Origin: Raillietiella orientalis
Lineage: Eukaryota
Assembly: GCA_036172245.1 (NCBI GenBank)
Contig: JAYWIR010000009.1
Coordinates: forward strand, 4,092,001 to 4,156,000
Direction of reading: 5' to 3'
Length of the DNA: 64,000 nt
The position numbers and the translations under genes were made by a program. The notes beneath the pieces are model-generated. The model was not told the origin of the DNA and did not search any database. It worked only from the letters and a program-made list of their open reading frames with translations. Below are positions 1 to 11,990 of the stretch, in pieces. Every line of letters starts with the position of its first letter. Position 1 is the stretch's first letter.

Positions 1-3000
1 TGTGCTCTCCAGAGGACAGGACGATCTTCCTTGCCGCTCCCCTAACAGAATTCTGCTCCAAGACAAGGAACGCTTTTATCCCGCGTCCAGGCAGCGATGG
101 AACGCTTCGCTTGTCAGCTGCGCGTCCCGGTCGCGTCTGCTTCCAGAGTTATCTCGATGAACGCACCAAGGAGGAGGCACCCCTCCTATGACCGACTCTT
201 CCCTCCTACCAGCCTGTGCGTGCAATTCCCTGGGTGCTTGACTCTCCTCGTGATCTTGGGGATGAATCTTCGGTGCTCCTGTCCACGGGCCGCCCGTCGG
301 CTTCGCCCTTCCCCACCGCTTACCGGTGCGCCCTTCCCTTCCCCCCCTTTCTTCCCTCCCCGATGTGTACGCGAACCGGCACTCGAATACCGCGTACTGT
401 ACGACACGCTTTGGAAGGTCGCCTGAGGAGAAAAGACTCTGCCGCTTGTTTCGAGAGGAGGGTCCCTGCCCAACAAAAGATCAGGAAGAGGAAAAAAACG
501 GGGGAAGGACGGACAAACCGAAGACAAAGAACCGCTATTCTACAGCTCCTCTCCGGCAGCCGGGGAGCGTGTGACTCGCGCGACGCCGGGAGCGGCGGCA
601 AATCACACGCGTAAGAAGTATGCGCGAATTGAGGCGTCCTCCGAGAAAGAGGACGGGGTGGGGAAGGCGTAAGGGGAGCAAGAAGGAACGAGCACCGATG
701 GCTTGCTGCCGCACGAGCATGGCGGCCTCGCGGCAGGCATCAGCACGAAGAAAGGAGGGTTTCCATGGCATTCTCCTCCTCTAGCTGCTGCCGGTGAAGG
801 AAGGACGGGAGGAGGAGGCAGAGACCAACCTCGTGTGCGCCTTTAATCTCCTCTCCCAACCTCTTTCCTTCTCCCCTCTTTCCGTTCCTGCGTCCGTCTC
901 GAAGCAGACGTAACCATGGCCACGGAGCGCGCGTGCGTCCGTCCCGTCTCCGGGCGCGTCGCAACGTGCTTTTCCAGGCTCGGAATCAAGTGCCCCCGCG
1001 AAGGGATCATTTTCCATCTTTTATGGAAGCCGAGACAACCATCTTATCGCTCATCACAGATCATTAAGCAATGATGCGGTATCTCACGGCTCGAGACAGC
1101 GCGCTGACGGTTCCGGTCCATTCAGCGCAGCTTCGGAAGCGGCCGTAGTTTTGTTCTTGCAGTGGGGAGCGCACGTGTGCGCCCTGGAGGACCGCCGCCT
1201 CCCCGGTGGCTTGGTTCCTCGGGGAAGCGCCTGTCACCCCTCAATGGTCCGCCCGCCCCTCCGCGCAGGATGCAGAGTGAAGGAGCTGAAGGGGGGTAGG
1301 GGGTGGACGACAAGGACGTAAGACCAACCCCCTCTCCGTCGCGGGGGACGAACGGGAAACAGAGGAGGAGGAGATCAAGGGACGGGGCCCTCGTCCGAGG
1401 TCTGACGGAGCTCCCTACGATCGCTGCCGGAGTTCGTTGCGCTCCCTCCCGGGAATCGCCAGCGGTTTCGCGGCGCCGCTACGAACAACCTGGAGCGACG
1501 AAGAAAGAAGAGAACGGGAGAAGGAGTCGAGGAAAGGAGGCCGGGAGGGAACGGGAAAGGGAAGGGGGAAGGCGTCCGCGGTTCGGGATGCTGGACCGTT
1601 GTCTGGACCCGCTCGGTTCTTCGGGAATGGAGTGGTACGGGCGGATGGGCGCGTCCGCGGTTGCCGTGGCGAGGGACCTCCTGGGGTTCCGGGAAGGCTC
1701 AAGGGAAGCGGAGCCGAGGGGAGGCGCCCCACCCTCTCCCGGCTGTCCCCCCCGGTCGTCAGGATGACAGTCCCCGGGAGGAGGTTCGCAGCATCGGCAA
1801 GACCAAGTTTGGGCGCGCGTCCTGGAGCGGTCGTGCGATGGCCACCGACGGAGGAGCTAAGGAAGGCGTTCCAACTGGAGAGCAGGGCAGAAGGGGGCCC
1901 GAAGACGCCCGTTCGCTTTTACCGTTCGGTACAGGGCAGGGACGGCCCCTGGGGACTGCCGGCTGCGAGCGAGGGCATGGCGATGGCACCGTCCCTGGAG
2001 GTTGAGGTCGGATTCTGGAAGCGGTCAAGTCACGGGGGTCGTCCCTGATACCTAGTCGTACGGCGGAGTGCCGAAGTTCGGATCGTATCCAGAGAAACTG
2101 CGGCCCCCAGAGCAAGCGAAGTCCCCGACTTTTCCCCTCTCTTCCTCCTTTTTCCCCCAACCCCCCGCCACTTCCCTGGCTACCGCGTTTCGTCGGCGGA
2201 GATCTTCCGGAGGATGCCGCCGAGAAGATCGCGAAGGTGCCGAAAGGGCAGCCGCCCATCCTGCCGAGTTGTCACGCAAACAAGAGTCCGGGAGATGCAG
2301 CGGGAACGGGAGAGGAGGTTCTGCTCCTCGGTGCCGGACGCACCGGGATGCCACCGCTGCGTCGTCCCCCTGCGAGGAGGTCCAGGTGGAGGTCGCACAC
2401 CTCACCGGGGTCCCCTCGGTGGAAGGCTGACGCGGGAGGGTCGAGCGCGCTCCCGAGACGGCGGTTCTCTGACGGAAAGACGGGATGGAGGGCTGTGAAG
2501 GGGGATTGTGAGTCGGAGTGAATCCGCAGGACTTTTCGGGAGCGGAAATCCCCGACTGAGTGTCGCCTTCTTCCCTCCCTCCTTCCCCCACGAGCTCCGG
2601 GTGAACCGCGCGCACAATGCCTCCCCCCGGTTGCCAGGGAGACTCCTCTTCGCATCCAGGGAAAGCTAGATCGGGGTCTCTCGGTCGCCCTCTCCCCGGG
2701 GAGGATGGAAGGGCAGGTCACGGTTTCGTTCCTGCCCATCCGAGGGAGGGGAGAGACAGGGGGAAGGTCTGGCCCGCGGGAAGCATGGGCAGGAGAAATG
2801 GGATATCGGCGCCCGCAGCCTATGAGACCTGGACCAAAACCTCTGGCTAATCCGCTCAGAAGAGCACGTAGGGGGCGGGGGGGGGGGAGGCTTACCGAGC
2901 GTTTTCAGGGATCCCCGAGCCCTCCTAGAATGGGGAGGGGAGCGAGGCAACGGCGCGCTCGCCTTCCGCTCCCGTCACACTTCCCCTTTCCCCGGGCTTC

Positions 3001-3728
3001 CACTCGGTAGACCTGGCAGCGCGCCGTTTCTCTTGCTGGGTAGTGGAAGGGAGTGGGGAGAAACCCCAAAGGAGGGTCCACCTTCCCCGGAAAGCAGAGA
3101 TGTCTCCCTCTGGCGCCTCCGCACGTTGCTTAGCGACCCGGTCATCTCGGAGGAGTGCAGCAGCAGCAGAAGCTGCTCCTCCGAGATGACCAGTGCCATC
3201 CCCTGATCCTTCCCGGGAAGCGAAAGAAGGGGAGGGAAGGGGAAGAGGAGGGAGGGATTTTTCGTGTGCTGCGCTCCGGGCTGTTCAAGGTTACCCAGGA
3301 AATCCGGCAGGCATCCCTCGTCACCTTGGCGATGGTGGTCCCTGCTCGTCAGCTCCGGGAACGCCCTGAGGACGCGCCCCTTGCTTTCCGGAGGGACGTG
3401 TGCAGCGAGTGTAGAATCAGGACGCTGGGTCAGGAAGGGGGGGGGGGCGAGGGGAGGGTCGTCGCAGAAGACGGCGTGCTTCCGGGTGCCGTCAGCGCTC
3501 TCCCCGCCTCCCAGGAGGGCTCGGGCGCTCAGGGCGCTCGTCCGGTGGAAGGGGTATGGCCCTGGAGGATCCGCTCCAATCAGCCCCTTCTCCACAGGGA
3601 AGGGCAGACGTGAGGGAAGGGCGAAGGGGAGCAGCGCTCGCGCCCACGGGCGGCCTCCCTCTTGTGGGGGCTTCGGCCTCTCCCCCGTTCTCTCCCTCCC
3701 GGCTCCCGCGTTCCCCTGCGGAACTCAC

Positions 3729-3990
3729 CGAAGTCCTGGTGGGGCACGCCACCGTAGGGGTGGATGGCGGCCTGGCTGGAGTAGTACCTGACCCTGTTGG
3801 CGGCGGCAGCGCCCCCGGCGGTGTCCAGGGTCTGGTACAGGGAATCGACGTCCTCGGAGGAGAGCGCTAGCCCGGCGGCGGCGGCGGCGGCGGCGGCGGC
3901 AGCCGGGTTGTCCAGCGTCATTGTCCTGGGCCCGCCGGCGGCGTCGTACCAGATCTGGTTGAAGGACAGGTCACTCGGCACGACGTCCAT
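3729..3990 (-). CDS. First coding exon of a second GATA1/2/3-like gene (partial; downstream exons not found in the window)
   Basis: 262-nt exon MDVVPSDLSFNQIWY...A10...SSEDVDSLYQTLD...RYY...HQDF-G|gtgagt. It parallels exon 1 of the 33-kb gene (M.VV..D, WY, LY.xLD, YY, HxDF-G|gt, same phase-1 donor) and resembles the GATA2/3 EEVDVxF..D motif. No zinc-finger exons seen in 1-3728. Confidence 0.7.
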
Positions 3991-5652
3991 CCCTGCTGCG
4001 CTTCTGGCACGACGGGGAGACGACAACTCGCATAGGCGGCAGGCAGGTCGCTCTCGGCCCGCACTCGGCTGCGTCACATCCTAGGTGGGAGGGCGGGCGG
4101 GCGGGCGGGCGGGAGGGCGGGCGGGCGCGAGAGCTGCGCGCACAGGCGGGAAGCGGCTGCTGCCTTTGCCGCTGCTGCCGCGGCGGAGGAGCCTCGTGGG
4201 AGGAGGAGGAGGAGCGTAGGAGGGAGGAGGACGCACGCGCGCGTGCGCCCACCACCGGCCTCTGGAGGGAGAGCCGGCGGGAGGAGGAGAAGGCGGTGGA
4301 GGGGGGGCCGAGGGGGAGAAGCACCACGGCGAGGTCTCTTGTTCTTCCCGGGAGGGTGGAGCGGGGGAGGAGGGAGAGAGGGTGATCGTCGCCCGCCTGG
4401 AGGCGGCGGTGGGCGTGGACGCGGCGGGGCAAGGGGCGGTCGCCTCCCTTCTCTTCCCTGCCTTCAGGAGCTCTCCCGGCGCGGGACCGGCGAGGGACGG
4501 CGGTGGTCTCCCGGCGGCGGCGGGATGCAGCGGGATGCGGAGCGGTCGCTAGGCTGCTGCAGTCCCGGAAGGCGGACACGCATCGTAGGGGAGCCCCGGT
4601 CTCCGAGGGGCGGCAGTGCGGGTGGTGGTGGCGGCTGTGCAAGGGCGTGAGCGTGCGCGCGCGCGCGTGGCGTGTAGGCGGGCTGCTGCTCGCCTCAGTC
4701 GTTCGCTCGCCGTCTCCTGCACCGCGCGCGCAGCTCTCTCTCTCGCCGCTTCGGGGAGAGGAGAGGGAGAGGAGGAGGAGGAGGAGGAGGAGGAGGAAGG
4801 AAGGAAGGAAGGACGAGGAGGAGGAGGAGAAGGGCCCGCGGCTGCTGCTGCCGCGGATGCTGCTGCGAGCGGACGAACGCGCGCGGCCAGCGACGACGGA
4901 GCAGCCGGAGTAGTCGGCGCCCGCACACGTGCACGCACGAAAATGCTTCCCGACTGGCGCGCGGCAGCGGTCGAGGGGCTCGCGGGGAGGGAGAGCGCGC
5001 GCGCGCCCTCTCTCGCGAGCGAGCGAGCGCGTCGAGGACGCCGCTCCTTCCATCTGGCGGCGGCGATCGCAGGCCGCGGCGGTGGCGCCTGGGGACAGGG
5101 CGCGCGCTCAGGGTGTCGGCAATGAGGCGGCGAAGGCGAACGCGGGTGCGCGTACCCCTTCCCCTCCCCTCCCCTCCCTCTCTCTCGCCGCGAGAGGAAC
5201 GGGGGAGGAGGGGGGGGGAGCTTTCGCACGGGCGTTCTTACGCACGAGAGGATGGGGGTACTCCGGGAACGGATCGCCCAGCTCAAGGCGTGCCCCCTGT
5301 GGGGGAGCGGCATCCTGCTCGAGGAATACATCCGCTGCTAGTCTCTCCAAGGGAGACGCTCAGGCGAAGATTCTCCGTCCCAGAGGCCTCTATTCCCGGT
5401 GGCAATTCTCTCACTCCCCCCTTCTCTTCCTCCTCCTCTCCCTCTTACCCCACTTCCCAGCCCCCACCCCCATCCCACGCCCGTTTTCCTCGCGGCGAAG
5501 CAGCGACTCTGCTCTTTTGCCCGGCTCCCGACGCGCACGCGCGCGGGCCTTCCGCCGCTTCCTGGGGACTCGCCGTCGCCAATCCACGCGGAGAGATCTC
5601 GCATTCCGCATTCCCTGCTCCGCTTTCCCGTCGTCGCCCGCGCAGGTTTCAC

Positions 5653-5710
5653 GACCAATGAGCGAGGCCGGCGGCGGTGACGTTAGTAGGCCATGCCCCG
5701 CCCCGCCCCT
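5653..5710. promoter_or_regulatory. CCAAT box, CRE-like half site and GC boxes ~1.7 kb upstream of the second GATA exon (candidate promoter)
   Basis: GACCAATGAG (5653), TGACGT (~5678), GCCCCGCCCCGCCCC (~5695-5709). GC boxes are weak evidence in this background. Confidence 0.3.
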
Positions 5711-6639
5711 CGCGCGCGCGCGCGCGTGCGCTCCTCGCAGCAGGCATCCTCGCAGCTTCCGCCGCCGCCGTCGCTCTCCCTTGCACCCCCTTTTCTCCCT
5801 CTCTACCAAACTCCCTCCCTCGCTCCTTCCTCCTCCTCCCGCGTCGCCCAGCACTTCCTCCGCGCGTTGAGGAAGGCGCGTCCGCTCCCGAGGGAGAAAG
5901 TGAGTTGCCACGGCGACGGGACCGCGACCACGTCGGGAAAAGGATCACAGCGCGCTTTCCCTCCCCCCCTCCCCGCCTCTTCCCCTTCTCTCCTTCCTTC
6001 CCTTCCCCTCTCCCGGCGTTCGTGCGTGCCTGCCTGCGTGCGTGCGTGCGTTTTCCGTTTTGACCATCTTCCGGACGCGCGCAGCCGAAGGGCTCTCAGC
6101 TCGCGCACGCGCGGAGGGAGGGGCAGGAAAAAAATAACGAACCTCATTCCTCCTTCCCTCTCTCTCCCGACGGGATCCCGCACGCTGCTCTCCTCCCTTT
6201 CGGTCTCCGAAGGGTGCCCTGGGAGGGAGCAGGCGGGGAACTCAGGGACGTCTCTGGAGGGGGTGTGCGCTCATGCCACCGCCGCCGCCGCCTTCGCCCT
6301 TCCCTCTTCTCCAGCGGGCGACCCTCGCGGCCCCCCGCCGTGTGGGTGCCCTGATTGGCTTGCAGGGATCCTCCGGATTGGGCAACAGCGGGTCGGGGTG
6401 GAGGGGCCGACGACGGAAGGAGGTGGCAGCGGCAGCGGCCATTTTCCCTCCTGCGGCGAGTTCCAGGAGGTGGCGGCGGCTGCGGCGCAGCTCGGTAGGC
6501 GGCTACCGCCCTTCGCCCACCGACGGCTCGAAGGGTGGTGGGAGCGTCGACGCTGGAAGGGCAACTGCTGCAGGGCAGCGCCCCCCAGGCTCCAGGGTGA
6601 AGGCGGCAGGATGCCGACTTTCTCCTCTTATCAACTCGC

Positions 6640-7060
6640 ATCCTCCTCGTTTTCCCCCTTTATCCCCGCTCCCCTTCTACCTCCCCCCTTTTCTCTTTCT
6701 CATCCTGAGCTTCACCCTCCGCATTCCCTTCTTCTCCTCCTCCACATTCTTCTCATCCTCATCTTCATCTTTGGCATCCACCTCCTCCTCATGCACTTCC
6801 CCCCTCATCCCTGCTAAGTTTTTTCCCGTTTCTCTCTCCCCACATCCTCGTTCTGATCCTCATCTTCACCTTCCGCATCCTCCTCGTCCATGTACTCATC
6901 CTCTGCATCCTCGTCTTCATCCACCTCCTTCCCGACCTCGCCTTCGTCTCATGCGTGCATATCCTCATCCTAAGCACCACCGTCATCCCGTGCATTCTCC
7001 CCACACTCTTCCTCCTTCACTGCTGCTCCGTTTTTTCCCGTTTCTCCTTCTCCTCCTCCA
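6640..7060. repeat. Low-complexity pyrimidine-rich tract (CAT/CCT/CTT-like units)
   Basis: Strong C/T bias with degenerate triplet periodicity. Confidence 0.7.
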
Positions 7061-7340
7061 CGTCCCCTCCTCTGGCCGAACGACCGCTGGCTCCCCCCGG
7101 CTCATGACCTGGCGACCGAGTTCCCCGGTGGCGGACCGGCCTCTTCCGTGGCGCCCAGGCAGAAAATCTCCGTCGTCGGGATCTGCAAGGGTGGAGCCGC
7201 GCACCTCCCCACCGTCTTGCAGCAGCGCTGCCCGGAGAGACGCCGACATCTCCCCGTCGACCCCTGCCCTCTCCTCCCCCCTCCCTCCCCTTGAAGCCCC
7301 GGTCTTTCCTCCTCCATCACGATCGCTCTCCCCTCCCCCC

Positions 7341-7344
<4 letters not shown>

Positions 7345-7379
<35 letters not shown>
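7345..7379. repeat. (CT)n microsatellite
   Basis: About 17 uninterrupted CT units. Confidence 0.9.
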
Positions 7380-7381
<2 letters not shown>

Positions 7382-8779
7382 GCTCCGCCGCACCCGCTGC
7401 GGGCGAGCTGATTGATTCGAAAGGAAGTCGCGTCTTCCCGTCCATTATTTCCACTCGCCTCCCGCTCGATCGATAAGAGTCCAGGAATGACAAAAGGGGG
7501 GAGCGGAACAAAGGCGGGCCATCGGTAGGTGCAGCGCCCAACGCGCCGGCATCCAATAAAAAAACGCGCGCGCGTTCCGGTCGATCCGATAGCCGCGCCG
7601 ATGGGATCGCACGATATCCAAGGCGACGGGAAAGAGGGGAGGGAGGGAAGCCGGGAGACTCCCGACGCCGTTGGAATTCGCACTTCGCGTCCCTGTCCCG
7701 ATGCCGCACGCAGCGAAGAGACCGCGTTCCCGTTCCCGCGTTCCCTTTCCCTCGACCCCTCCTCCCTTCCCTTCTCCTTCCCTCCCTGAACCTCCGCGAA
7801 TTCTTCCCGGAAGCGATCGCCGTTGCGGAGGCGGCCGAATTGCGTGTTCCTGGTCGGTCGGCCTCCGGACGCGTCAAGAGCGGGTGCCGCCGTCTGTCCC
7901 CTCCTGTAGAGCGGGCGCGAACCCGACGGGAACAGGCCTCGGGGCGTACTGCCCTCTATGCCTCCCGGGGGCTCGACGGGATGCTGCACGCGGTCCTCTC
8001 CCGTTCGAGTCCTCCCACTCTTCGGTCCCTCCTCTTCTCTGCCGTTCACTCCCTCCCCTCCCGGGCCGACCTCCAAGTGAGAATCCGCCTTCCGGGACGT
8101 AGGGGATGCTACTGGGAGGAGGGGAAGGAGAGGGTGGGGGGAAGGGGAAGGCAGGCCTCGTGCTCTCCACTCGCGAAGGGAAGATCCAGAAAGACTTTCG
8201 GGTTCCCATGGCAACAGGGGGAGGGAGACCTTCTTCCGGGCATGGGGGAGACCATGGACCCGAGGCGAAGAGCCGTCCTTCTCCTTCCTTCCCGGAGGAG
8301 CGCGGAGCACGACTGAGCCCCGCAATCCAGGGACGGAAGGGAGAGAGGGAGGAGGAGGAGGAGGAAGGCGCCGGTGCTCCCGGATGGAGCGCCGGGGTCG
8401 TTTCCTGCCCCGGGCGCCCAGCCCGAACGGAGTCGGCGGTGTCGCTGACCGGGAGAATAAGAGAGAGGGCTCCGAGGGCGACCCGCTCGGGAACCAGGAA
8501 GGGCAGGAGGGAGCGGATGTTTCCATCGTTACCGGCTTCCCGTTCTCGCCCCCCTCCTCCCCCTCCTCCTCGTCTCCTCCCTCCAGACCACCTATGTCTC
8601 TCCTCCTTCTGTGTCCACGGGAATACGGGACTTTCGCGAGGCGGAGGGTGCGCTGTCTCCGGAAGAGCGCGGTCAGCCTCTCCCCGCCGTTCGCTCAGGG
8701 TAGGGAGTGGATGGAAGGAGGGGGGGCACCGAACGCTCCCCCCCCCTTGCACACACGCGTGGTCAGTTGTCCTCCTCCT

Positions 8780-9400
8780 CCTCATACGTGAAATAGAAGG
8801 TGGGGACGACGCCCAGGCGGCCCTTTGATGAGCACGCATTGCCGGCGAGACTGGTCTGATCTCGAGAGGACCCGCAGATGCCCCCCCGTACCCCCCAAGC
8901 TTTTTTCCCGTTGCTGCACAGCTTCCGCCTCCCCATCTCCGGGAGGAAGGAAAGTTTCGCCCTCCCGCCAGTCGTCCTGCCTGCCCCGCAAGGCCCTTCC
9001 GAGAAGACGGAACGGCGGCCGACGAACAGCTTCCTGGGATGATGGCCTCGCCGGCAGGTCCACGGCTCGCTTTGAGGGATAGGGAGAGTCACCTTGTCGC
9101 CGTCGACGACGATGGCGATGAGGGCGGCGGGGGGGAGGGAAGGAGGAGGTGGGAGAGGGAGGAAGACATGACCCTCGGATGCTTCGTGGTTCGCCCATCT
9201 CTCTGTCCCACCGGAGAGGCGGCGGAGGTTCAGCGGCGTCCTCCGTCTCTCGCAGCTTTCAGGATCGCAACTGCTCACAGGACGGAGGACGGGATCCCGT
9301 GCTGTCCCTGGGGACTAAAGACCTGCAGAGTGGGCGACACCCCTTCGCCAACCCCTCAAAGTTTACCCTCGCTGGCACCTCCCGGTGGCGGTTTGCCTCC
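8780..9400 (+). mobile_element. Highly decayed LINE RT relic (CR1/L2-like)
   Basis: Ordered remnants across frames: DLERTRRCPPVPPKLFS (cf. DxxKAFDxVxHxxLL), SCLPRK..RNGG, ASPAGPRL (cf. GVPQGSxL), HLVAVDDD (cf. LYADD), FANPSKFT. By-eye recognition only. Confidence 0.3.
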
Positions 9401-11609
9401 TTCCCTTGACCTTCCGTGCACCCCTCCTTCCTGGAACCCCTGATAAGGGCGCTTGCAGGAGAGAAGGTAAGGGGGGGGGAAAGAGGAGGAGGCACCCTAC
9501 CGTTCCCCCCTCGTGGGCCCTGGGTCTCGCCTGGTTGAGATGACGGCGCGAAGCGCGAGTGGAGCAGCTACGAAAAAAGGGAGAGGAGGGAGGGGAGGGG
9601 GATAAACGGACGTTTCTTTCCCGTGACACCAGATGCCGCGAGGATCCCGCCAACTGTGGCTGCCATCCACCCTTCCTCTCCGTCCGTCTGTCACGCAGTA
9701 CTCAGTGAGCTCTTCCGGAGGCGCTCGAGGCAGCCGTCTCGAGACCTCGCCTTGCATGGGATTTTCATCCCGCCTCCCTGAGCCGTGAGAGAGAGGACGC
9801 GAAAGAACGGCGGGAGGTTGAGGTGGAGTGGGGGAAAAACAGAAGAAGGGGGAATGCTCGCGGTGGACTGGAGTGCTGAGCTCTCAGAAGGCATTGCCGG
9901 AGGGAGTTCGCCCTCCGGCAATGACCTCCGAGGAGGTGGGGCTCGGAGGCTTCCTGCTCTTCTTTCCCGTCCTCCTCCGAGAAGGCACCATCCGGCACGC
10001 TTCCCTCGAGGCACAGAGCTTCATTTCTGAGGGCGTGGGGCTTCCTCCAGGTTGCTGGAGGTCCCCCCCCGGGCTGCGCGAGTGACCGAACGGACCTTTC
10101 TTTCGCGGAAAAATCCTGCCGCCGCGACGAACGACGCCCGACGGTACAGTTTCCCTTCATCCCATCCTTCCTTTCCGTACTCAGAAAGTCAGGACGCCGC
10201 TACCCAGAGTGGCGAAACGGGGAGGGGGGGGGGAAGAAGAGGCTTCCGGCGCGGGTGCCCACCGAGAACTTACCTCCCCCCTTCTTCTGCTCCTTCCTTT
10301 CGCCTCCTTTTGCCCTTCGGCGGCGCCGTCTCGTCGCGCGGTATCACGGCAACGCATCTCCGGATGTCTCAAAAACGGGCAGCACGCGCGGGTCGCATGA
10401 GCGGCGGAGACGGGGGAGGGGAGGCGGGAAGAAGGGCAGGCAGGAGGGCCTTGATTCGTGCGCTCTCTCATTTCCCATTCCAAGCGCGCTCCCGCCCGCC
10501 TCTCCATCCTGACCACCCCGTTCCCTCCGGCCCGCCCGCTCCGCTTCCCGGATCGGTCCGACAGATCTCCATGGGAACCGAGGAGAGACGGCGCCTCTTT
10601 TGCATGTCGGCCTTGACGTCGGGGTTTCCGGTCAGCCTTTCCTGCAGATGCCAATCTGTGCGAGAGCATTTCCTGTCCCCCTGCGCGCCGCCGCCTCTCC
10701 GCATCTTCTAGGCGACCCCGGAGCGGCGGGAAGCGCGGCGCGTGCCCCTTCCGCGCGCGCCTGGGCGCCGCCCCTCCTCCGGGGAGGATGGAAGGCCGCT
10801 CCCACTCTTCGCAGCCATCCCGAGGTCCCCTCGATTGCCCTCCATCTCCCATCGCAAACGCATCCAAGAAGGACAGCTTCCTCTACCGGACCAGGAACGG
10901 GATCACCTCTCCCTCTCCGTCTCTCCACGGAGAGAGGGGAGAGACGAGCCTCCCTCCCGGACGAGAGCGAGGCTCGTCGTCCCAGGAGGAAGGGATCACC
11001 GAAGGAAAGGGACAGCGGGAGGAGGGAAGATGCCCCCACCACGGAGACCGTGGATCCACGAAGCGCCACCACACTTTTCTGGCGCCATCACAGACGGGGC
11101 GCGTCTTTCATTCCGGGAATAGGGAAGTCCTTTCCCCGTTTTGCTTCCCTTGCTTCCCGGAGATGTCGTCGCCTCTCTCGGATAATATTCCGGCGAACCC
11201 CCGGGAGCGTCGAAGCGGAGCTTCGCGCCTCCGGAATCCAGGAAAGCAGGTGTGGAGCGGAACCCTCCTGACCTCCTCCCTCGAATACCTCGACCCAGCT
11301 TCCCCCTGCCCTCCCCACTCTACCCCTCGACGGCTCGGCTTTCCAGAGCGACTCCCCCCTTCGTCCTCTCGGAAACGCGCCCACGCCTCTTCGTTCCCAT
11401 CCGAATAGCAGAAGCAGCGCCGGCCTCGGGTCATCCCGAGGCTGATCCCGAGGCAGTGACCTGGGGTAATGGGGGTTAATGGGAGAGAGAGGGAGGGAGG
11501 AAGTCCTTTTATAGCGCGACGGCGACCAGGTCTGCTTGCGGTCGTCCACGTAGTGGGCGGGAACGGTCGTACCGCGTCCTCTGAAGTGGCATGGGTCCCG
11601 GGAAAAACT

Positions 11610-11990
11610 CCCTGAGTGGGGCCGCTGCAGCGCTCAGCTGCTGCGTGGAGAGACGGCTGGCCGTCTGTGTCGGATCACTCCGACCTGGTCACAGAGCCTC
11701 GTAGGGCACCTGAAACTGACCTTGGAAGAGCGGGAGCAGGGAGAGTCGAAAGAGCCTTCCCTGCGCGTCCATCCTTGATGGCGGCACCCCGTGGTGGAAA
11801 TGGAGCTCCCGACGCGGAAGCTGCATGTAGGTGGGGCCGAGCAGCAGGAGGAAGTTATAGGCGGAACCCGACAAGCGCAGCCGCGCTCCTTACTCTCGAT
11901 GACCTCGCAATGGTGGGCGCGTCACGCGCGCCTCCGCCGGCAGCGAAGCTCGAGTCTTTCGTGCAGTGCCTCTCTGGCCTGTCTCTGGGG
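11610..11990 (+). mobile_element. Possible decayed Ty3/gypsy pol relic (region around the integrase zinc-binding motif)
   Basis: WRDGWP ... RKLHVG ... QWWA ... KLESFVQC resemble the gypsy IxxGWP...LHxxHxG...WWP...IExxVxxC pattern, split over frames. Confidence 0.3.
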
